Shown here piece by piece: positions 1-12,460 of a DNA stretch of 64,000 nucleotides. The position numbers and the translations under genes are program-made. Location: NCBI GenBank assembly GCA_003344405.1, contig NOWV01000026.1, positions 186,001 to 250,000 of the forward strand, in the 5' to 3' direction. The notes under the pieces are model-generated. The model was not told where the DNA came from. It searched no databases and worked only from the letters and a program-made list of their open reading frames with translations. Within the stretch, counting starts at the first letter, position 1, and the number at the start of each line of letters is the position of its first letter. This stretch comes from Trichoplax sp. H2. Taxonomy: Eukaryota.

Positions 1-1970
1 TCATGAAATCTCCAAAATCATCTTCGCCTTGTATTGCATTCGATGTTGCTAATGTAGGGTTTTGTAGAGGTGATAGAGTTTGATTTTCCGTTAATGCATT
101 AGAAGTAACAATATTACTTGAAGTTTTGCCATACTGCGATCCATTGGTAAATTCACTAGAGCCAATAGCTTGTTGAAAGTTAGAAAAGTCATCTGTCGTT
201 GGTATTGGCCCGTGAAGAGCATTGGGGATAGAAATCATTCGTACATCACTCATTGATGACTGCATTGAAAAATTGGTAGGCGCAGTGCTAATGCCGGCTT
301 TGGTGTTAAGCGCAGAAGGGGCACCTACTTGCTTCTGATTCTTGGGGGATGCGTTAATAACGCTATCTGTTGTCCTCTCCCACATCGCGTTAAATGAAAT
401 TTGTGTTTGTGATGATAAATCCGGAGTTGTGACTCCCGATACGGATGACATCTGGCTAATAGTGTTACTTTGAGATTTCTTAGTGCTAATTGCTTTTAAA
501 CGTTCTTTTTGCTCTTGAAAGTACTGCTTGCGTTTAAACTCTTTCTCTTGTTCTATGAGTAATTTTTGTTGCTTAAGTTGTTGTTCGATCATCCGTTTGT
601 GCGCGGCTTGCTGTTCCACGGTAATTCCCATCTGTTGAATGTTTGTGAGTGGCCTATATGACGGTTGCTGAACGTTATTTGCTGCAATTTGTTGTTGCTG
701 TTGTGGATAATAAATTTGGTGACGAATATTTTGATTTGGTATGGCTTGATTGGAAACATTTCCGTAAATTACGTTTTGTTGTTGCATCATTACATCGTAA
801 CCCTGGGTGATCGTTTGCATGCCAAAATGTTGAGCTGGGGTGTGCCCGGTCGCTTGATTGCGTCTGTAGTTGTTACAATCGCCCACGGAGTTATCATAAT
901 ACCCTTGTTGCTGTAGAAGATGAAATGAATAGATATTATAGGATTTATTATATAATTATTATCTAAGTTAATTAATGTAAGGTTACTGCTCAAGTCCAGT
1001 AAAACATTTCTGATACTGTAAACTAGTTTCCTGTATTTTCTATTTTTTGTAGTTTTAGAAAAGTCCTGACCTTAAAGTGAATATCGCAGTGATGCTGCGG
1101 CAGTGTACTTATTGACAATGAAATGTCCCTATTGGACATAGATACTATGTTGTACGTCAGGTCTAGTTGTACTGCATTTGTGAGCATCTTAGTCACTGCA
1201 AAGAAGATTAATTAGTATACAGTATGGTATAACTATTTTACAGGGAAATATGCGTAAATACTCGTGTTAATTATACGAGTCAGTTGTTAAAACCTTCAAG
1301 GTCTAAAGTCTGCTCGATAATTGTATATATAATTAATTACAGTAATATAGAGTCTATTACTTTACTGTACATCTAAATAATTTCTTTACAAAGTAACTTT
1401 TCGAGTAATCAACCAATTACCAATACCGTAAGCTACCTTTATCTCACATTGAAGTCACTAGAGCGGGAGCATCTTAATTCTGATTACAGTTTGCTAAGTC
1501 GCATGCAGTAGTTACTAGTTATTATATCATAAGGAAATGAAAGCTAAAGTGATTTCGTTTGCCAATATTCATTATAACTATATTTCGTAAATTGGTAACC
1601 AAAAGATCGCGTTATCTTGGACTGGTCAAAAATAAATAAATAACTAATTCCTATGTAATAACCTTTCAAACCTTTTAATAGGTATTGTACAGACTAGGGT
1701 TCTTACAGGCAAACTTATGAGTAACCAAGCATGTCAAAGAATTAGATTAGTAATGTATTTAGTGATGCATAATGTACGCATCGAGTTTACATAGTCGATT
1801 TAGAGGCGTCACACTCAAGCGATACTCTATAGACAGGATTCAGAATTGTACAGTAGACAAGATAGATACATGGTATAGTAAGTTCGCGTCTTTATAGGAA
1901 GGAAATTGAAGCAAGAATCTAGTATGCATCGTTCAATTTCTATGAAACCTACCTGATTATACGGATACAT
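1..1970 (-). CDS. SYNRG: Synergin gamma-like (AP-1 accessory protein), 5' part; gene continues past the left edge of the window
   Basis: Exon 1 is 1970-1953 (MYPYNQ, then GTAGGT donor). The acceptor TTCTACAG at 912-911 opens a long open exon 910-1. It encodes a Q-rich N-terminus, the coiled coil QQKLLIEQEKEFKRKQYFQEQKERLKAIS (resembling synergin gamma) and gamma-adaptin-ear-binding-type motifs DDFSNFQ and DDFGDF. Confidence 0.7.
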
Positions 1971-2001
1971 GCCTATTAGCTAATTACGAACTTAACCGCA
2001 A

Positions 2002-3366
2002 CTAGTACTATAGCAGTTGTGATCCGAAAGTTAGGTTAGATCAGCAGATCGGTATAGTCAGAGTTAATTCTTTCAGACTTTGGCAAATTCTAGGTGAACA
2101 CAACTTCGATATTTCAACCAACACACAATCGTAATGCAGTACAATACAGTATGTATGATGGGTTATCGAAGCTTATTCTACTGCTGTACACCGTGTACAG
2201 TACTGTACAGTACTGTACATAATAAATATCTACAGTTTACGGTACAGTATAAAGTACTGTATACTGTACAGTATGCACACTCTGTAGTACAGTACAATTC
2301 TACAGTTCATCATGATGAAAATAATGTCCGTCATGGAGGGACTACAGTACACAGTACTGTACTGCACTGTAATGTACTGTAGTGTGTAAGTACAGTACAG
2401 TACTGTACTGTACAAGTGACAGGAGAAGGGGAAAAATATCACTTAAGCTAGCGTGCAAATACTGTACTTTACAGTATAGCAACATCTGCTGTCCATGCAA
2501 TAATTGTCAAAGTACAGTATACAGTACTGTACACTGTACTGTACAGTATAGCAATAATTTCTGATTTCTATATACAGTACACTACACTTGCCATCTAAAA
2601 ATCGACTGAATTAATACAACATACCGTTCTGTATCATGACAGGGACTCCTCAACCACCCCAGCTTCACAAAAAAGTTACTTTTGTGAAGCTGGGTGGTTG
2701 AGGAGTTTCTTTTATTTTCTGTTCTANNNNNNNNNNNNNNNNNNNNCTAGTACTATAGCAGTTGTGATCCGAAAGTTAGGTTAGATCAGCAGATCGGTAT
2801 AGTCAGAGTTAATTCTTTCAGACTTTGGCAAATTCTAGGTGAACACAACTTCGATATTTCAACCAACACACAATCGTAATGCAGTACAATACAGTATGTA
2901 TGATGGGTTATCGAAGCTTATTCTACTGCTGTACACCGTGTACAGTACAGTACAGTACATAATAAATATCTACAGTTTACGGTACAGTATAAAGTACTGT
3001 ATACTGTGTATGCACACTGTGCAGTACTGTACAGAGTACAGTGTACAGTACAGTACGTGTGTGTGATGAGTGACGAATGGTAAAGTACAGTACAGTACTG
3101 TACTGTATTGCTGTTACAGTACAATTCTACAGTTCATCATGATGAAAATAATGTCCGTCATGGAGGGACTACAGTACACAGTACAGTATAGCAATAATTT
3201 CTGATTTCTATATACACTACTGTACACTTGCCATCTAAAAATCGACTGAATTAATACAACATACCGTTCTGTATCATGACAGGGACTCCTCAACCACCCC
3301 AGCTTCACAAAAAAGTTACTTTTGTGAAGCTGGGTGGTTGAGGAGTTTCTTTTATTTTCTGTTCTA
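2002..3366. repeat. Direct duplication (2002-2726 vs 2747-3366) flanking a 20-N assembly gap; probably two haplotypes placed in tandem
   Basis: The sequence after the gap restarts exactly at CTAGTACTATAGCAGTTG (also at 2002). Both copies end TTTTATTTTCTGTTCTA. The copies differ by indels inside the TACAG-rich part. Confidence 0.85.
2727..2746. other. Assembly gap (20 N)
   Basis: Run of n characters. Confidence 1.
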
Positions 3367-3409
3367 CAGTACAGTATGTTATGAAGCTGGGGTGGTTGAG
3401 GAGTCCCTG
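3280..3409. mobile_element. MITE-like element with 28-bp perfect terminal inverted repeats and an internal third inverted arm
   Basis: CAGGGACTCCTCAACCACCCCAGCTTCA (3280-3307) is the exact reverse complement of 3382-3409. An internal inverted copy lies at about 3320-3346. A partial copy lies at 2640-2706 in the duplicated segment. No target-site duplication is visible. Confidence 0.5.
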
Positions 3410-3988
3410 GCCATTTACTGAGGGTTACTACTGTAGGCGAAAACTTTCTACTTGCATACAGTACTGTACAGTACAGTACCATGGACTATGGACTACAGTA
3501 TGGACTACAGTACTGTATTGTACTGTACCGTAGAGTTATTCGAAAAAATTCTACAGTACTGTACGGTACAGTACTGTATAGTGTACAGTACATTACTACA
3601 GTATTTAGTAGTCTACTGTACAGTACTGTACAGTACTGTACTGTATGATAGTAGTGTTCATCTTTACAGTTAGTTAATTAAGTGATTTGCCCACTTGAGT
3701 TTAGGAGCTGAAGTTGACTATTGCCGTGGCGTTTAAAACCAGGGTAAAACCGGTTGTTACGCTGACCAGCTGTTAGATAGATCTATCGCACAAGCAGTAC
3801 CAGTGCACAATATACAGTACTGTACGTGCACTATTCGTACTGGACAGTGCACAGATACTGTACTGTACATTGTGTGTTGGCATACTGTATATTGTACTTA
3901 CAGAGTTACAGTACGTGCATAATCATTTTTATTATTATTATTACTATCAATCAATAACGTTAAATAGAAGCATTCCAGGTGCTTCGTC

Positions 3989-6900
3989 ATGTCATCGTCT
4001 TCGCCAGTAAATGATAATCTGGAAAAAAGCGAGGAGTTGTCCTGCATTGATTTAGCGTTAGAAGGTGAACGTCTATGTAGAGCTGGTCAATGTCGCGCTG
4101 GTGTCCTCAAATTCGAAGGTGCAGTTCGAGTCGGAACTGAAGATTTAAAAACTCTTAGTGCCATTTATAGCCAGTTAGGCAATGCTTACTTTTATTTGCA
4201 TGAATATGAGAAGGCATTACAATATCATCGGCATGACTTAACATTGGCGCGTACATTGGGTGATCGGCAGGCAGAAGCTAAGGCTAGTGGCAACTTAGGC
4301 AATACTTTAAAAGTATTAGGTAAATTTGATGAGGCGATTCTTTGTGCGAAAAGATACCTTGAAATTTCACGTGAAATTCAGGACAAGGTGAGAAAGAAAT
4401 ATTGATGGATAGGACGGTTACCGTAATTGATTCTTTCAGCACTAGAGATACTGTATACGCATATACCTACTTACATCTCGTTAGAATCGGTAATGTCTGT
4501 AAAATTGATTTATTTAAATCCCTCATTTTAACTTGGATTTCTGGTACAGAATTGGCTGTTACTTTAGAGATATTCTATCATTTTATGTTCGTGTCTGATA
4601 GCTTTTGATACAGCACCTCATTCATTATTATGATTATTATTATTAATTTTTTCGATCCTAATCTTGAATACGAAACCAGTATTGAGAGTGATTCCATTAC
4701 TTATTGTTATCGCACTGGACTTATTTATAAGTTGTTGTACTATGCTGTAATGCCAATTTGGTGTATTTACAACAGTTCTCTCAAGGTTATTTATCCAGTG
4801 TCCTTAGTATGCCTTCAAAATACAGAGTATACTCTACATATAAAGGTGAAAGTAGAAACTAAAGTTTTTGAGGACAACTGTACGTAAACTGTACAGCTGT
4901 CTTTGTTACATACCGTAGGGCAAGAAACGACATATAGTGTACCGTACTCGATGTCAGTTCTATTAATCAATTTAATTATATCATGCATACAATATTTTTC
5001 CATATCCCTTTGTATTTACCGTTAATGTAAGAAAGAACTTATGCCCTTGGCTCAGCTGACTGGCACGCATGATATGCTAATAGCATTTCAGAGCGAATAC
5101 AAGCATCCGCATTTTTTAGGATCTATGCCTGTACACTGTACAGTGTACAACACTGCCAAATTGCCAATATTATTATATTACATCGCTATATAATACGGGC
5201 TCATATTACATTTGTAATATTTCTTCACTAGTATTAAATAGGTGCCTAGAAAATACGTGATTGAGTAAGATGAACAAAGGAATTGGTCTTCATTACCTAA
5301 TAATGCGATCTTTGTGATGATACTTAGGGAAACGCCGTTACTGGTTATAAATGTAGCAAGGGAGCATATACTGTAATCTGTTTAACAGAACCTGATATAT
5401 TGCATTAAATGTAGTATTATTCAAGAATAACCTAGATATAAAAATTCCAGTCTTATAACGCTAGCTTCCAGGGTTAAATCAATCGCTTTTCAGATTACAA
5501 ATCGTCATTTATAATTTACTGTAATAAACAAACTGCGGTAAGAAATTAATTGTTAGTTTGTTTATTTACTACTGAAATACGGCACAGTTTAAGAAACTGC
5601 AGGAATTAAATATATGTAATATAGAGGTATATGGGTGAGTCCATAGATGAATTTCTTACAAAACTCTATGTTCCCTATTTGCTCTCATTTCATCTAGTTT
5701 TTGATATCTTTTGAGACATTTAATTGAACACATGTATTGTGTTATTGGCTTATATCTATATGCGTTACAATAATGTAACTAGGCATATCACTTGCTTACA
5801 AATCCATGATTATAGTAGAATTCCTTTAAAAGATGACAAATCATAGAATGTATTCTTGGATGGTTCAAAATGACTGGTGCTTAGCTGTAGAACAGAATAT
5901 CAGCAGTTCGGTTGTGAATGTGCACTTTACTGAACCGTACTGTACACTGTACAGTGTACAGTAATTTAAATTTGGTGATAATGAATCATGTATACGTGTA
6001 CTAGTGCGTACCGTAGTATTCTAATACATTTGTCGCAGCAGCGCAGTATGCATTGAGCTTATGGTTTCTGAAGGTATGCGCAACTTTGGGGTCATACTGT
6101 ACACGAGTATTGCATTAAAAGAAGAGTTTGAAGAATATCATAATTTAATTTATTATTTTCATTGCTCTCTCAGTCAACATTATTACGTGTTTCGTAAGAT
6201 TTAACCTTAATTTTAATTATGTGTTCTCATTATATTGTAACCTACTGTACTTCGTATGCGTTGGCACTACAGTAATTTAAAAAAACTGGTAAAAATGATA
6301 AGTAATCATAGTAAACTTTTAAACTCATTACTTGTATCAATATTACAGTATCTTCGTTGTCCTTTAACCGAATAATACAGTATAATAGGATTAACATTTA
6401 TTTAATGGATATTTAGTTATAAGAGTTAAAAAGGATTACATCTTGATAAGTGCGAGCTCCCATAAATTTGCGAACGTGCTGTGATCTTTGTATTACTGTA
6501 CTGTACAGTGTACAGTATACGTGTACTGCATTATAACCATTGGCCTTGAGCTGTACGAAGGTTTACCGGACTGCTGAAATGTACAGTACATAAAATATCG
6601 GGGTAGATTGTTTAATTGGGAAGGTTGGAAATAAGGATCAGATACAATTCCAGGATGAATTTTTTGCACGTTGTCGTTTAAGTTTCTAATTGGACTAGAT
6701 TGATTGTAGTATCGTACGCAAATAGCACATTAATTAAATATTATTATGCTGTGCGCTAAAAAAGTTAAATCCTTTCTGCGTATTAACTGTTAGAAAAAAT
6801 TTTACATCTTTTATACAGTCATTGGTTTACTGAGAGGTTGACAGGAGAACTTCAAAATTTTTAAGGAATGAATTACATAAATTTTATTAAATTACCACTG

Positions 6901-9900
6901 TATTTATGAGTTTATTTTCCACATTATACAATAATGGTAAGATGATAAGATATTTTAATAAGCTTACTGGACTGTAAGTAACTGGTGACTCCTTGGTGTG
7001 AAGTGGGTTCCTTAAAAATAGAATTTATTAGTAAACCACGCTAATATATAATCAGTTACTAATACTGATGTACTTTATTGTACGGGTAAAGTAGAGATCC
7101 TAATATATCAATTGGATAATGCTATATATTAATACTCGTATTAATGCTATAAACCACCATTACTGTGTATGATTGACGAATAATTCAGTTTTTATTGTTA
7201 AATATATGAATTGCAGTATTGAAATAACTCATGTACCGTCCGTCAGCACGTAAGACGGTTAACCGTACTGTAAAAAAATACAAATGATAAATGTAAATTT
7301 GTACTACGGGATTTATCACACGTTATAAGAAATTTTATTTCTAATCGAGATTGAGTCCTTGAAAATAGAATCGGCATAATTTCTTAGTATTGAAGTTATC
7401 GATTTTTTCATCGTTCTAATCAGTTTATTTAGGCATTAAGGTAACTACTGAGGCTGGATTAGTAGCACTATAGATTGTACTTAGTACAGTATTACGTTTA
7501 TTTTATCTATCCACGGCATTTAAAGAATATGATAATCATGTTCAATTATTATTTGATGGTGTTTGTCATACCGTATACAGTATCTCATTTCACGTATCGA
7601 TCGTTTATTACCTATCCTATAAAGTATAATGGCGTAAGGCATTAATATCCAATTTTATTTTTATCTCCGGTGGACGTTGATATAAATTTAAATGTTTTTA
7701 AAATCTTTATAGTTATTAAAGTTTATGACTAGCTTTTCTTGCGTAATAATTTTTATATCTGTACTAAAGAATTTTTTTGTTTCATTTATCGGATAGCATG
7801 GCGAATCGAATGCTTTGTATAATTTAGGAAATATTTATCATGCTAAAGGCAAACATTCAGGTCGTTGTGGACATCATGAAAACGTAGAACTTCCACCTAG
7901 TGTTAAGGATACATTAGAAAAGGCAATAAGCTATTATTGGTAAGCGAAATGCATTTTTTCATGTGAAAGATTAACTAGTTTAGAAAATGGAATGACAATA
8001 GAGATTTGTATTGTAGCTCTTTCAATAAATAATACGGTATTTACGACAATGTGAGGAGTGTTGCAACTTAAATAGTTAATCATAAAGAAATTCTTAGTTT
8101 AATATATTAGCAGATTTTGCTGTATTAACCGGAAAAATTACGTAACTAGTAACAATATGATATAAATTTTAAACATGGCACTAAAAGGAGTCGTTACTGA
8201 GAAATAGCGGATATTAGTATATTACTGTAATTGTAGCAGGATAAGTTATCGATCTAGTGCTGTTTATTCCTATTAATAACTAGGCATGTATGTCTTTCTT
8301 TTTCAAGGCTATGTCAACGGCTATTAATTTTTGTATTATATAAAAATATTTAAATAATAGATGTTATGCCTTTGTATTTGAAATTCGTAGGAAAAATTTA
8401 GATTTACTGCGTGAATTAAATGATAAGTCGGGACAAGGTAGAGCGTATGGCAACCTTGGCAATACTTATTATCTACTTCGTAAATTTGATGATGCAATTA
8501 AATGCCATAAAGAGGTTAGGTCACCAAGCATTTTGTAATTAATTCGCTTTTCGTAATAAAAATACTTTATAACATTTGATGGTTAAAAATTCAAAGCGAA
8601 TTTATATATTTACATTGGGTCTTTGTTGTTAAAATTGACGCAAGATACTCACGCAAAATTTTATATGCAGCATATTTATGTCTTGATTTATATCATAACG
8701 GTTACAAATATTGTTTTAATTTGTTTTACATGGATACTTTCGGCAACGTTATTCTAGATAAATGTGCCATATCAGCGTATTTATTGATACCTTCTATTAA
8801 AACAATCTTATTTTAAATGTCTAATGTCCATAATAATACTACTGGGTATCCGTGTCGTGATATTATGATTCATTCGTTCCCTGATACCGTAATGAAAGAG
8901 TAATACGAGGCATAAATTAGATAAATTGTCTAAATGTTACAACGATGATATTTATGCTTTTTGCATTTTGTTGTTAACCTTATTTTGATCTAGAATAAAT
9001 TAATTTATTATGGTAATTACTAAATTTTCTAACTCTTGATAAAGATAATCAATTTATTGTATGTTCCAATGCTTATTGGCTAGCGCCTAGATTTAGCTAT
9101 TGAATGTAAAGATGTGTCTGCTGAAAGACGCGCCTATAGCAATTTAGGGAATGCCTGTGTCTTTGGTGGAGATTTAAGTAGTGCGGTTGAGTATTATAAG
9201 TACGTATACATTAGCCAAGTATGCTTTTCGAATATTATACGGTTTTTGTATTGTTACTTTAGCATATTAAACTTATATTAATTGATCGGCTATTGTCTAT
9301 TTATAGAAAAGCTCATACTATCTCGATAAAGATGAATGATAAAGCGATTGAGGCGCAGGTTTGGAGTTAACTGCATTACGTAGTATAAGATCATAGAAGA
9401 GATATAGGTTAGAGAATAATTAATTTACCTTATTTCCACATGTAGACGTGCTATAGCCTTGGAAATGCTTATACTCTCCTACGAAACTTTTCAAAAGCTA
9501 TTGAAATGCACCGCATGCACCTTAAAATTGCTCAAGCACTTAAAGACCGGTAGGTATTTGCTTTTGTCATTACTAGCGAATTTACAGCAGTAAATGTGCA
9601 TATTGAATATTTATTTAAATAAATTAATATAGCGTTGGTGAAGGCCGAACACATTGGAGCTTGACTAATTGTCATCAAGAATTAGATAATTTCTGGGAGG
9701 CTCTCACACATGCTAAAGAGCATCTTGAAATTGCCAAAGAGGTTGATATCGTAGCATCGTTTTAATCGTTAAAGTCATAATCATTATTCTCTATTATCCT
9801 TAAAGTAGTTTTAGGTGTAATCTAATTTAGTAGATACGATATCTCGTTATTCAAATTGCAGTTGTTTCTGTATATTGGTAGATTGGAGATCAAACAGGTA

Positions 9901-11614
9901 GATTGACAGCCCAAAATAATATCTCCAGTTTAAATAAAATTCTGAGTGTCATGAGCTCAAAAGAAGCAGAGAGCAGCTCGAATAAGTAAGTCTTTCATTA
10001 ACGCGTGTCATCTCTGATGGTCATTTTTTAAATAATATTGTTGAGATTATAATGGTAGCTGTAATACATGATACATTTATTTAGAACAAGTAAAAGTAAG
10101 GGGGCAATCAAAACCGCTGATAACTTAGTAAGTATAAGCTATATGAATAAATATGAGTTATTATATGCTACGATTACACTTTAGAAATTTTAACGGTTTT
10201 TGTGGCAGTTTACATGAAATTATATAACTGTAGGCGTAATGCTCTATTTAATTGTTAAATCTATAATAGTATGGAAAGGAAAACGGGAAGAAACTGGTTA
10301 AACAACACAGTGAACCGCTCTATCCACAGTCAAAATCGCGTGCTAGTTTGCGTTCATCAAAAGAAGACGTAATACAACCATTTGTTTAACTACAGTAATA
10401 TAGATTATGTTATCCCGATTTTATTCGATCTTGTTTTTATTTAGGCCGTGATGAATGATGAAGTAGGACTACTAGATCTTATTCAACGCGTTCAAGGTAG
10501 CAGACTTGATGAGCAGCGTACAAAGTTACCACCACAGAGTCGCGAAGGGATGATGGAAATGGTTGCAAGGTATTTTTAAATGCTTTATTTATCCGATATT
10601 GATTAAATTCTTGCTGATAGCGTCAATATATTGGTTTATACATACGTTCTGAATCGTTGTTAGTGCCCAGGGTAGGCGAATGGATGAACAGCGCACTATG
10701 TTACCAACAGCGAGTGACAGCTCCGGAAAGTAAGTAGTGTTTATGTATGAATAGTTAGAAAATTAAGATTTATAGCTATATTAAAATGCTCGTCTGTGCA
10801 ACTAACAGTCAAGCAGATAATGCGAAGTTGCCTGGAAATCAGAGTGAAGAAATGTTCGATATGTTATTTAAGTAAGCCGTATCCCACGTTTGATCACACT
10901 TTCCTTGTTTCATTTTCATTGATGTATGCATTAGAGACGCATAAATCAATATTTGTATCTTTTTTTCTTTCTTTAAAATAGATCTCAAGGCAAACGTCTT
11001 GACGAGCAACGAGTAAGTGCTTTCCATTTACCTGGTCTTAATGACAATGGGGCTGCCAAAGTTAGGGAATTGTGGAAGAAGAAAAGAGAGAGCTTGGGTG
11101 AAACAAATTCAAATGAACCTGATAGTGAATTCTTTGATATGCTTATGAAATGCCAGGTTTTAACAAATATACAAGTAGCAATTATTGTAATAATTATTTG
11201 AGTGTGTTTTTTATTCAGTTTAGAAGATTCATTAAAATAATTACGTTAATTAGAATCGCAAATGTTATATGTTTATTTATGCATAGTGCTATAAAATGAC
11301 GGAAAAGTATGATACGGTTCTTAAAGGGTTCTCCTTCTGTCAGTTATGTTCGTTGTTAAAGAATGTTGTAAATGCTGATATAACAATAAAAACGATGCTA
11401 TTTTATGTTGATCCATTATAATCATTAACGCATGTTTGTTTCATAGGCGTCACGAATTGATGAACAACGAGTTGAAGCTCACTTACAGATTTCTGCTCCT
11501 ACGGTTCCGGATGATGATTTCTTCAAGTTAGTTATAAATGCTCAATCTGGTCGCATGGATGAACAACGATATGCGTTGCCTGAGCCTGGGTATCGGTCTC
11601 ATACCGGAACATAA
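3989..11614 (+). CDS. GPSM2: G-protein signalling modulator (Pins/LGN/AGS3 family), TPR repeats plus GoLoco motifs; about 15 exons
   Basis: Exon 1 is 3989-4387 (CIDLALEGERLC...LSAIYSQLGNAYF). TPR exons: 7797-7939, 8391-8514, 9084-9199, 9307-9358, 9446-9549, 9633-9741, 9882-9985. GoLoco exons start at 10445 and end at the TAA at 11612-11614. The TPR-region junctions are GT-AG and in phase. The gene is likely co-orthologous to GPSM1 and GPSM2. Confidence 0.95.
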
Positions 11615-12460
11615 ATAACCTTACAGTTAATCTGGCATTAAATATTAAAGTTTAACTAATGTATTTAAAGGCTTTTGCGTATGTATGCTAGAACGCCCTC
11701 CCAAAAATAGGCCTTTGTCTGAATGTAATATTAGTTTTAAAATCTGCATGCTTTGACAAGATTAGTACAGTTTTTGGCCAATTGATATCTTTACTTCAGC
11801 ATTGTTTGTCGAAGTATTTGCATAGGACCAATAACCATCATGATATATATATAATTATACAATCAATGCAGTATGAGTTAGAAACTTTTAAACTACCACA
11901 GCCTTTCCATTAAAATATAAGTTTAAATTTTATCATAATGTTATTTGAAGCCTTAAACATATTATATCTAACTCTGAAGTACCAGTAGAACCCTGTTTGC
12001 GATTAACTAAAATACTGTAACAAATATACCAAAGCATACGGTTATGGATGCAGTAAACTATAGCTAAAATATTTATTGGCGCGATTGTTTAAATTTAAAT
12101 TAATAGTTGAATTCCCGCGAGAGTATTGCTCTAAATAGAATAAGACCTGTTAATACTTTATAAATATTCATGAACGGTTGCATTCTAATGTCGTAAGGTG
12201 AACAATTCCTGAAAAACTATATTTAAAATAAAATGTAGCGATTTATTAGGTGATTTTACAAATACTTGATTGAACTCTACCAAGTTTTAAATAAATAAAA
12301 TCTGAAATCTAATGGAATTTAAAGTAGCATTTGATTCTAACGTATCAATGCAAAAGCAGTATGTAATTTTGAGATTCATTTTTGATAATTTTATTATATT
12401 CGATACCAAAATTGCTATACGATTTTTTTTGGCAACAGTCATATATCAGTAAAAAATAGT

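Larger units (their letters stand above)
2136..3915. repeat. TACAG/CTGTA low-complexity patch in the SYNRG/GPSM divergent promoter region
   Basis: Dense TACAGTAC, GTACTGTA and CTGTACAG units in both orientations. These generate the spurious 'YSTVLYCTV' ORFs. Confidence 0.85.

Noticed and set aside
665..916. Hydrophobic ORF 665-916 (+)
   Set aside because: It is the antisense shadow of the Q-rich SYNRG-like exon.
2640..3409. Repeated GC-rich palindromic units as a possible CRISPR array
   Set aside because: The context is eukaryotic, the copies are inverted or come from the gap duplication, and there are no regular spacers or cas genes.
2134..3673. Cluster of short ORFs rich in Y/S/T/V/C/Q (for example YSTVLYCTV)
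   Set aside because: They are translations of the TACAG/CTGTA repeats on both strands, with no splice or homology support.
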